A stretch of 64,000 nucleotides of DNA from Candidatus Multivorans sp. (GTDB lineage Bacteria > Acidobacteriota > Thermoanaerobaculia > Multivoradales > Multivoraceae), in NCBI GenBank assembly GCA_965247095.1, contig OZ251997.1:4288001-4352000 (forward strand), read 5' to 3'. The position numbers and the translations under genes are program-made. The notes beneath the pieces are model-generated. The model ran no database searches, had not been told where the DNA came from, and was given only the letters and a program-made list of their open reading frames with translations. Below, piece by piece: positions 57,109 to 64,000 of the stretch. How positions within the stretch are numbered: position 1 is the stretch's first letter; every line of letters begins with the position of its first letter.

Positions 57109-57576
57109 CTACTGCGAGGTGTGGTCCGCGACGATCAGCCACTGCTCGCTGTGCTGCTCGAACAGCAGGGTGAACAGCCCGGTCGGTTCGTCGGCCTCGC
57201 GGCTCAACCGGAAGCGGCCGAAGACCATGGCGGCATGCTCGGACAGCACGCGCACGTCCAGGTTCTCGAAGGCGAGCGTTCCCATCGCGGCGCGGTCGGG
57301 GTACCGCTGGTGGTAGCGCTGAAGGGTCTGTCTCCAGCCGCGCTGGACCTCGTTGCCCGAAGTGAACCGCAGTTCATCGCTGTTCAGATAGCCGGCCATG
57401 AAGCCGTCGATGTCGCCCTCGTTCCAGGCTTCCACCTGCATGTCGAGCACGTCGAGCACCGCTGCCGCGACGGTCTGGGGGTCGAACTCCGGGGCCGGTT
57501 CGTCGAGCGCCGGCGGTTCGCAGGAGGCGAACAGCAGGAGTGCGGCGATGCCGGCGCAGGCGGTAGCGACGCGCAC
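57109..57576 (-). CDS. NTF2-like (DUF4440/YybH) lipoprotein
   Basis: QVEAWNEGDIDGFMAGY...GWRQTLQRY...GLFTLLF...IVADHTS; LFASC lipobox. Confidence 0.85.
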   Translation of the reverse strand: MRVATACAGIAALLLFASCEPPALDEPAPEFDPQTVAAAVLDVLDMQVEAWNEGDIDGFMAGYLNSDELRFTSGNEVQRGWRQTLQRYHQRYPDRAAMGTLAFENLDVRVLSEHAAMVFGRFRLSREADEPTGLFTLLFEQHSEQWLIVADHTSQ

Positions 57577-58412
57577 TAGCTGGTTCCGGTCCGTTCCACG
57601 TGGATGTCGCGCAGTTCGATTTGCGAGACGAGGGGTAATTTCTCCTCGACGTAGACCGGGTTGATGTCGTCGACGGTCAGGCCGCCGTCCGGTGTGTTCA
57701 GGCCGTAGTTGTCCGCGTCGTAGAACAGCAGGCCGCCGATTCGCCGGTAGTTCGTCAGCACCCGGAAGCGGAGGCCGGTGCCTTCGCTGTAGTCGTAGGC
57801 GAACTGCTCGAGGCGGGCGGTCTCGGGATCGAACCAGTAGACGTAGGCGCTGTCAGCGCCGTCGCTGGCGCCAGGTTCGAAGGTGACCCGGACGCGGTGC
57901 AGTTGCCTTCCGTTCCACTCCTCGAGGCCCTGGTTCTCCTTGTAGGTGCCCGGATCGTTCAGCTTGTAGGGCAGGAAGAGGAAGTACATGCGTTGGTTGA
58001 CATGGCTCTCGGCGCGCACGTGTTCCGCCTCGTTCATCTCCATCGGCTCGCCGCCCTCGGTCACCTCGAGGGCCATGTTGTCGCGGCTGTACTCCGGTTC
58101 GTCGCTGCCGTTCGAGGCGCGGATCCGGTACTCGAAGCGGTCGCCGTCGACCATCGAGTCGACGTCGAAACTGCCGGAACGCGAAGCCACCGTCAGCTTG
58201 ACCCGGGACTGCTCGAAGAGTTCGCCGCCGTGGTGTTCGATCGCGCGGTCGACGATCTCGAGCCGTTCGGAGGTGCCGGGCGGAGGCTCGGGTCGGGGCT
58301 CCGGTTCGGGCTCGGCACCGGCGCACGCCACGAGGAGCGCTGCGGCGGCCAGAGCAAGCGTCGCCAGCAGGGTTGCGCGACGGTCGTCGCCGGCTGTTGC
58401 AGTTCGAGGCAT
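57576..58412 (-). CDS. Uncharacterised lipoprotein (DUF6503-like)
   Basis: LVAC lipobox; IVDRAIEHHGG, YFLFLPYKLNDPG. Confidence 0.7.
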   Translation of the reverse strand: MPRTATAGDDRRATLLATLALAAAALLVACAGAEPEPEPRPEPPPGTSERLEIVDRAIEHHGGELFEQSRVKLTVASRSGSFDVDSMVDGDRFEYRIRASNGSDEPEYSRDNMALEVTEGGEPMEMNEAEHVRAESHVNQRMYFLFLPYKLNDPGTYKENQGLEEWNGRQLHRVRVTFEPGASDGADSAYVYWFDPETARLEQFAYDYSEGTGLRFRVLTNYRRIGGLLFYDADNYGLNTPDGGLTVDDINPVYVEEKLPLVSQIELRDIHVERTGTS

Positions 58413-58531
58413 GACGTTCTCCTTCGATGCGGCGTGCGTTCTGCTGCGCATGGCGTCTGGCCATGTTAGCGGCCGAGCGGGTTGCGCTACTCTTGGCCGC
58501 TCACCCTCGAACAGCGGCTGGAGGCCAAGGC

Positions 58532-59374
58532 ATGACCGAGTACGACCTGATCAAGTACGACGTGGACGATCCCATCGCCACGATCACTCTCAACCGGCCG
58601 GAGCAGTTGAACGCGATCACCGGCAGCATGATGGCCGAGTTGAAGCACGCGATGGCGGCCGCCGAGCAGGACGAACGGGTGGTCGGCATCCTGCTCACCG
58701 GGGCCGGCCGCGGCTTCTGTGCCGGCGCCGACATGCAGGGCCTCCAGGCCACGAGTCGCGGCGAGGGCGGCAGCGGCGGCGGAAACGCGTTCGAAGACGC
58801 CCAGGCCGGTGCGATCGAGGAGATGGGCGCCGAGAATTTCGGCGTGACCTTCAACTACCTGATGGCGGTTCGCAAGCCGATCGTCGCCGCGATCAACGGC
58901 CCCTGCGCCGGTCTCGGTTTCGCCATCGCGATGCTCTGCGACGTCCGCATCGCTTCCGACCGCGCCGTTTTCGCCTCCGCCTTCGTCAACCGCGGACTGA
59001 TCGCCGAGCACGGCCTGAGCTGGATCCTGCCGCGCGTCGCCGGGCCGTCCAACGCGCTCGACATACTGTGGACGGGACGCAAGTTCTACGGCCCGGAGGC
59101 CGCCCAGATGGGCGTCGTCAACCGTTCCGTGCCGCACGACCAGGTCGTCCCCGAGGCCCAGAACTACATCCGGGCGCTCGCTGAGCGCTCCGCGCCGATG
59201 TCGCTCAAGGTCATCAAGCAGCAGGTGTACCGCCACCTGATGATGGACTCCGGCGACGCCCTACGCGAGTCGAACCGGTTGATGGCCGAGAGCCTGCAGC
59301 GCGACGACTTCAAGGAAGGCGTCGCCTCCTTCGTCGAGCGCCGGTCGCCGAACTTCCAGCGCATCACGAGCTAG
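58532..59374 (+). CDS. Enoyl-CoA hydratase/isomerase family protein
   Basis: ITLNRPEQLNA, TGAGRGFCAGADM, KPIVAAINGPCAGLG, FKEGVASFVERR. Confidence 0.93.
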   Translation: MTEYDLIKYDVDDPIATITLNRPEQLNAITGSMMAELKHAMAAAEQDERVVGILLTGAGRGFCAGADMQGLQATSRGEGGSGGGNAFEDAQAGAIEEMGAENFGVTFNYLMAVRKPIVAAINGPCAGLGFAIAMLCDVRIASDRAVFASAFVNRGLIAEHGLSWILPRVAGPSNALDILWTGRKFYGPEAAQMGVVNRSVPHDQVVPEAQNYIRALAERSAPMSLKVIKQQVYRHLMMDSGDALRESNRLMAESLQRDDFKEGVASFVERRSPNFQRITS

Positions 59375-59401
59375 GAGCTTGCGCGGCAGAACGATCTGAC
59401 C

Positions 59402-59444
59402 TGGGAACGCGGGCATCCTGCCCGCATCCGGCGCGAAGCGCCGG
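59402..59444. repeat. REP-like double hairpin between convergent ORFs
   Basis: TGGGAAC-GCGGGCA-TCC-TGCCCGC-AT-CCGGCGC-GAA-GCGCCGG; near-identical to 2328-2367. Confidence 0.8.
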
Positions 59445-59464
59445 CCTCCGGGAGTTCTGCCGCG

Positions 59465-59668
59465 CTAGCCCGACAGCGCCCGGGCCGCCTTGTAGACCTC
59501 GACGTCGGAGGGCTGGGGGTCGCCTCGGAGTACCCGGATCGCTGCTTCAAGAGCCCACTCGAGGACGGCGTTGGCCGTCTCAGTTGGAAGCTCGATCGTG
59601 ATCAGAGGCTCGCCGTCCGTGGATCGAACGGTCGCTAAGTCGGTCGGCAAGTCCGCTGAGGCGAGCAA
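59465..59668 (-). CDS. Short hypothetical ORF or gene remnant
   Basis: 67 aa with protein-like composition, TTG start and no RBS; fills an otherwise empty gap. Confidence 0.3.
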   Translation of the reverse strand: MLASADLPTDLATVRSTDGEPLITIELPTETANAVLEWALEAAIRVLRGDPQPSDVEVYKAARALSG

Positions 59669-59742
59669 CCCGCCGCGCCTGAATCAACCAGACATCCGCC
59701 ACCTCGTCGGCTGACGAGTCGCCACCGGGCCGGATCGTCCGG

Positions 59743-60786
59743 CTAGTCGACGCGGTCCCGCCTTTCCTTGAGTTCGCGGAAGGTGGTCAGGACCAGCCCT
59801 TCCTCCTCGATCACCTGCTTCAGGCGCGGGTCGAGCATCGCCAGCATGTCGCCCTTGCGGCTGGGGCCGGAACTGGAGATGTACTTGAAGTTCTCGCTCG
59901 GGTCGGTGGAGTGCATGATGACCATCGTTAAGCCGGGGCGGAGGTCGCGCAGGCCCTGGATGTAGCGCTCGACCTTGTATTCCAGCAGCTCCTCGTCGGT
60001 GGCGTCGGCGCCGGCCTCGGGGACCCAGCCGTAGCTCAGGTTGTGGAGGTCGTCGAGCACCGGCAGGCCGCCGTCCCAGATCCGCCGGCCGAGTTCGGTG
60101 GCGCGGCCGAGGCCCGGCGGCGTGTCCCGATCCTGGGCCTCGTACTGCGCTTCGAGGATCGTGTTGTGGCCGCCCGGGAACATCAAGGGGATGCCCTCGT
60201 CGAGGCCGACAGCGATGTACCGCTCGAGGAAGTCCATGGTGGCGAACAGCGTGCCCATGTGGGAGTCGAGGTGGGTCGGTTCGAAGCCCATGGTGCGGGC
60301 GCGGTTGATCTGTTCGCGGACCTCTGCCTCCACCTCGTCGGGGGTCGCGTTGGCGACGACCTCGGCAACGCTGGACCACAGGGCGCCCTCCGGGTCGACC
60401 AGGCCGGGCGCTGCCTCGCGGCCCACGAGGGGGCCCCAACGGTAGTTGTCCCACTCGGCGGTCAGGGTCAGGTGAAGGCCGGCGTCGATCCCCGGGTTCT
60501 CCTTCAGACCCAGCACCAACTCCGGCACCCACGGGCAGGGCATCATCACGCTCATCGAGTTCGCGACTCCGTCGAGGATCGAGCGGAAGGCGCCGACGTT
60601 CGAGTCGTGCGACATGCCGGCGTCATCGACGTGCAGGATGACGGCCCGTGTGCCGGCGGGGAAGCCGAGCTTCTCGGCGTAGGTCTGGGCGGCGGCCGTA
60701 CCGGCCGTGAGGAAGGCTGCGGCCAGGCAGAGAGTGGCCGCGGCGGTGGCTCGAAATGTCGGTGCGGGTGTCTTGGTCCTGGGCAT
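59743..60786 (-). CDS. YdjC/ChbG-type carbohydrate deacetylase, exported
   Basis: ILHVDDAGMSHDSN, DAGLHLTLTAEW, PTHLDSHMG. Start 60786 or 60801. Confidence 0.9.
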   Translation of the reverse strand: MPRTKTPAPTFRATAAATLCLAAAFLTAGTAAAQTYAEKLGFPAGTRAVILHVDDAGMSHDSNVGAFRSILDGVANSMSVMMPCPWVPELVLGLKENPGIDAGLHLTLTAEWDNYRWGPLVGREAAPGLVDPEGALWSSVAEVVANATPDEVEAEVREQINRARTMGFEPTHLDSHMGTLFATMDFLERYIAVGLDEGIPLMFPGGHNTILEAQYEAQDRDTPPGLGRATELGRRIWDGGLPVLDDLHNLSYGWVPEAGADATDEELLEYKVERYIQGLRDLRPGLTMVIMHSTDPSENFKYISSSGPSRKGDMLAMLDPRLKQVIEEEGLVLTTFRELKERRDRVD

Positions 60787-60818
60787 GGAGGTCGTCCTCA
60801 TTGGGTCGGCCGATCGAC

Positions 60819-62441
60819 TCACTCGGTCAGCCGGTCGACGCCGTCGAACCCATCGAAGTCGAGTCCGAGGATCGTGGCCAGGCTGGGCGCGAGATCGATC
60901 GTGTTGGCGCGCTCTGTGACCACGCGGCCGGCGCCGTCCTGACGGCGGATAATCAGCGGCACGTGGGTGTCGTAGCCGTGCGGGGAGCCGTGGCTGGCGG
61001 TGACCGCGGAGGACGACGTCGGCAACACGTTGGGCTCCAGCACGGCGATCAGATCCCCGCTGCGGCTGGCGTAGTAACTGTTCAGGTAGAGCTCGTGGAG
61101 GGGATTGGCCGGGTCGAGTTGGGCGGGCCGGACGACCTCGGCGATCAGCGGGCAGTTGCCCATCGCCTCGATGATCTCGTCCTCGACCGCCGTCCGGTCG
61201 GCGCCGGCCGCGGTGATGGCCTCGTCGTCGAGGTAGAAGGTGTCGAGCAGGAACTCGCTGCCGTCGAAGCGCTCTTCGAGCCGCGCCAGCAACCGCTGCA
61301 GGCAGAGCGTCTGCTCGGCGCCGAAGCGCCCGCCCTGGCCTCCGTCGCGGACCACCAGCTCCGGCACGATGCCGACGCCGTGGTCGGCGGAGAGCGCGAC
61401 GACCACGTTCTCCATGCCGATCTTCTCGTCGATGAAGTCGAACAGTTCGCCGATCGTCCGGTCGAGACGCAGGATCGTGTCCAGGGTCTCCGGGGCGTTC
61501 GGGCCGAAGTTGTGGCCAACCGTGTCCAGCGCCGAGAAGCTGAGCGCAAGCAGGTCGGGGACGTCGTCGGCGCCGAGGCCCTCCGCCTCGATCAGGGTCT
61601 CGGCGAAGTCCTCGAGGTAGCCGTCGAGGAAGGGCGACCGGTAGATGGAGGCATAGAACGCCGACCGTTCGACGGTATAGCCGCCTAGAGCGTGCGGGAA
61701 GGTGTTCGTGAACAGACCGCTGTCGAGCGGCTCGATGTCGTACGCCGCGGTGTGCTCGAGGGGCAGCAGCGGCGCCCAGGGGGTGCCGAAGAGCAGATAG
61801 AGACGGCTCTGGGCGTTGAAGTCGTCGAGCCACTCGGGCTGGGAGTCCCGGTCGCCGTAGTAGGTCGAGGTTACCCAGCGGCCGGTCGGGCGGCTGTACC
61901 ACCAGACGCCGTCGGGGTGGTGCCCGCCCATCAGGATCGCTGCCCGGTCCTTGCCGCCGGCGGAGAAGACCTTGGACTCCGGATAGGCGGCCTTGAGGAG
62001 ATCGCCCAGGGTCGGGACGAGCAGGTTGCGGGGCGACACGCCGTGGTCCGGGTCCCCGCAGCAGTACGCTTCGTCACGGGTCTCCCGGTCGAACCAACCG
62101 TTGGCGATGATCCCGTGCCGCTTGGGTAACGCGCCCGTGGCCAGGGTGGCGTGGCCGGGGGCGGTCTCGGTGGCGGCGTGGAAGTGGTGGGCGTCGGTGA
62201 AGGCGACACCCTCGCGAAGCAACCGGGCCAGGCCTTCCGTGAGCAGGGGGCCGAAGCGCTCCAGGTAGTCGGCTCGCATCTGATCGACGGCGATCAGAAG
62301 GACGAGTCGGGGCGCGCCTTCGGGGACGGCGGCCGCCGGTGCGTCCGCGGGTTCGCCCTCGGGGGCGGTGGCGGGACCGCCGCAGGCCGCCAGCAACACC
62401 AGGGCGGTCGCAGCCATCAGCGACAGATGGAACCGCCTCAT
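60819..62441 (-). CDS. Alkaline phosphatase superfamily (PafA/NPP-type) lipoprotein
   Basis: LVLLIAVDQMRADYL, TETAPGHATLATG, LDTVGHNFGP, LSADHG, HGSPHGYDTHVPL. Confidence 0.92.
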   Translation of the reverse strand: MRRFHLSLMAATALVLLAACGGPATAPEGEPADAPAAAVPEGAPRLVLLIAVDQMRADYLERFGPLLTEGLARLLREGVAFTDAHHFHAATETAPGHATLATGALPKRHGIIANGWFDRETRDEAYCCGDPDHGVSPRNLLVPTLGDLLKAAYPESKVFSAGGKDRAAILMGGHHPDGVWWYSRPTGRWVTSTYYGDRDSQPEWLDDFNAQSRLYLLFGTPWAPLLPLEHTAAYDIEPLDSGLFTNTFPHALGGYTVERSAFYASIYRSPFLDGYLEDFAETLIEAEGLGADDVPDLLALSFSALDTVGHNFGPNAPETLDTILRLDRTIGELFDFIDEKIGMENVVVALSADHGVGIVPELVVRDGGQGGRFGAEQTLCLQRLLARLEERFDGSEFLLDTFYLDDEAITAAGADRTAVEDEIIEAMGNCPLIAEVVRPAQLDPANPLHELYLNSYYASRSGDLIAVLEPNVLPTSSSAVTASHGSPHGYDTHVPLIIRRQDGAGRVVTERANTIDLAPSLATILGLDFDGFDGVDRLTE

Positions 62442-63181
62442 GAGTGAAGCGCTTTCAGTGGATGGCGGCCGTCGACGTGGCCCATGAACGGAGGATGAAT
62501 GCCGTAACCGATCAATTGCTGGATCCTCTCAGAGAGTTGTGGCACCTCGCCCGAGGGTACGCCGAGGATGAAGTTCTCCTGCTGGCGGGCCCACGGCGGG
62601 CAGTACTGGATGGTGAGGCCGAGGCGCGTACCGGTCGACCGGTTCTCGCCGCCGCCGTGGTAGAGGGTGCCGAGGAAGATGAGCAGCGAGCCGGCCGGCA
62701 TGGTGACCGGCTGCACCGCCGACTCGTCGGGCCGGTCGCCGTTCCAGCGGTGGCTGCCGGGCACGATGCGCGTGGCGCCGTTGTCCTCGGTGAAGTCGTC
62801 GAGCGCCCAGATCGTGCTCACGCCGAGCGCCGCGCGGGGACGGGGCAGGGGGTAGAACGAATCGTCGAAATGGAGGTTCTGGGCCGCCTCGCCCGGGTGG
62901 ATCAGGATGGCGTGGGCCACGGAGAGCAGGAAGCCGGCGCCCAGGGTGCTCTCGCAGGCGGCCATCACCGCCGGATGCTCGACGAGGGGATCGAACAGGC
63001 GGGACTTGGAGAGCAGACCGTAGACCCGCTGCGTGCTGTGTCCCTCGAACGGGTTGCGGCCGAACAGTTGCCGGTCGAGGTGCGGTTCGAGTTCCCGGCG
63101 CAGCGCGTCGACCCGCCGCCGGTCCAGAGCCTCTTCGAGGATCGCGTAGCCGTTCCGTTCAAGCTCTTCCAGATGGTCCAT
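62438..63181 (-). CDS. Phytanoyl-CoA dioxygenase (PhyH) family Fe/2OG oxygenase
   Basis: QNLHFDD (HxD), WALDDFTEDNGATRIVPGSHRW, YHGGGENR. Confidence 0.92.
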   Translation of the reverse strand: MDHLEELERNGYAILEEALDRRRVDALRRELEPHLDRQLFGRNPFEGHSTQRVYGLLSKSRLFDPLVEHPAVMAACESTLGAGFLLSVAHAILIHPGEAAQNLHFDDSFYPLPRPRAALGVSTIWALDDFTEDNGATRIVPGSHRWNGDRPDESAVQPVTMPAGSLLIFLGTLYHGGGENRSTGTRLGLTIQYCPPWARQQENFILGVPSGEVPQLSERIQQLIGYGIHPPFMGHVDGRHPLKALHS

Positions 63182-63209
63182 TGCGAATGAGACTATCCTC
63201 CGCATTCGG

Positions 63210-64000
63210 ATGCGATTCTTCGACGCCGCCAAGACGGCCGAGCTGCTGCCCTGGGGCGCCGTGGTGGAGGCCCTGGAACGGGGCTTCCGCGACGGTTGCG
63301 AGATGCCGGTGCGCCACCATCATGGGGTCGCGGCGCCGGCCGGCGATCCCGAGGCGACGCTGCTGCTGATGCCGGCGTGGACAGCCGGCGGCTACCTCGG
63401 GGTCAAGGTGGCGACGGTCTTCCCGGGCAACGTCTCCCGCGGTCTGGGGGCGGTGCAGGCCAGCTACATCCTGTCCTCGGCGGTGACCGGGGCGCCGCTG
63501 GCGTTGATCGACGGCCTGGAGCTGACCCTGCGGCGAACGTCGTCCGCCTCGGCGCTGGCGTCGAAGTTCCTGGCGCGCCCCGATGCCCGGCGCCTGCTGG
63601 TGGTCGGCACGGGCAACCTGGCGCCCCACCTGGCGGCCGCGCACGCGGCGGTGCGGCCGGACCTCGAGATCGAGTTCTGGGGGCGCCGGCCCGAGAAGGC
63701 GTTGGCGGCGTCCCGTTCGCCGCTGCTTCAGGGGCTCCGTGCCAAGGCGGCTGTTGATCTGGAGGCGGCGGTGCGCGCGGCGGACATCGTCAGCACCGCG
63801 ACCCTGGCGACGGAACCACTCGTGCTCGGTTCATGGCTGCAGCCCGGCGTCCATGTGGATCTGGTCGGGGGCTTCACGCCGGCCATGCGCGAAACGGACG
63901 ACGAGGCGATGCGTTGCTCGACCGTCTTCGTCGACACCCGGGCAGGCGCTCTGGTGGAGGCGGGCGACCTCACCCAGCCGATCGAGTCAGGCGCCTTCGT
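63210..64000 (+). CDS. Ornithine cyclodeaminase/mu-crystallin family protein (3' end runs off the window)
   Basis: Manual translation from ATG 63210: MPVRHHH...LLLMPAW...GVKVATVFPGN...ELTLRRTSSASALASKFLARPD...VGTGNLA...HVDLVGGFTPAMRETDD. Confidence 0.92.
   Translation, partial: MRFFDAAKTAELLPWGAVVEALERGFRDGCEMPVRHHHGVAAPAGDPEATLLLMPAWTAGGYLGVKVATVFPGNVSRGLGAVQASYILSSAVTGAPLALIDGLELTLRRTSSASALASKFLARPDARRLLVVGTGNLAPHLAAAHAAVRPDLEIEFWGRRPEKALAASRSPLLQGLRAKAAVDLEAAVRAADIVSTATLATEPLVLGSWLQPGVHVDLVGGFTPAMRETDDEAMRCSTVFVDTRAGALVEAGDLTQPIESGAF

Noticed and set aside
60802-61902. Long N-terminal extension on the YdjC ORF (719 aa); likewise on the ABC ATPase ORF 18238-19890
   Set aside because: These are off-frame read-throughs overlapping genuine upstream genes (phosphatase; permease).
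1-64000. tRNA, rRNA, prophage or conjugation genes
   Set aside because: No cloverleaf, rRNA-like, phage structural, integrase or T4SS signatures were recognised by eye; a tRNAscan/Infernal run would be needed to exclude small RNAs.

Overview
High-GC bacterial window; the gene content is compatible with an Acidobacteriota-like, possibly host-associated organism (inference only). The left ~44 kb is an accessory/conflict region. An imuA-imuB-dnaE2 mutagenesis cassette is split by ~8.7 kb of other genes: a TPR protein, an MNT/HEPN pair, VOC, ferredoxin, S41 peptidase, an AAA-wHTH ATPase and a tightly linked ABC-type ATPase + PIN pair. Next come a Fic protein, a coiled-coil PD-(D/E)XK protein, two divergent IS1634-family elements in CTAG sites, a CPBP-methyltransferase-ABC operon, a DUF222-HNH gene, a frameshifted type IIG R-M enzyme, an Mrr-like nuclease and a 13 kb sugar-ABC cluster with three glycosidases. 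The 18-44 kb block lies between two copies of an mntA-hepT module, one keeping only the C-terminal and the other only the N-terminal part of the toxin. The right ~20 kb is mostly ordinary metabolism and envelope genes. Best candidates for undescribed biology: (1) the ABC-ATPase (non-acidic Walker B, QQPE) + PIN pair as a PARIS-like defence system; (2) the DUF222-HNH gene, which has a ParB-like DNA-binding segment, three parS-like palindromes inside its own coding sequence and a structured leader; (3) a REP-like palindrome family found both between genes and in-frame inside imuA and the HNH gene. No CRISPR array, tRNA or rRNA was recognised. All family calls come from motif recognition by eye, with no database searches.
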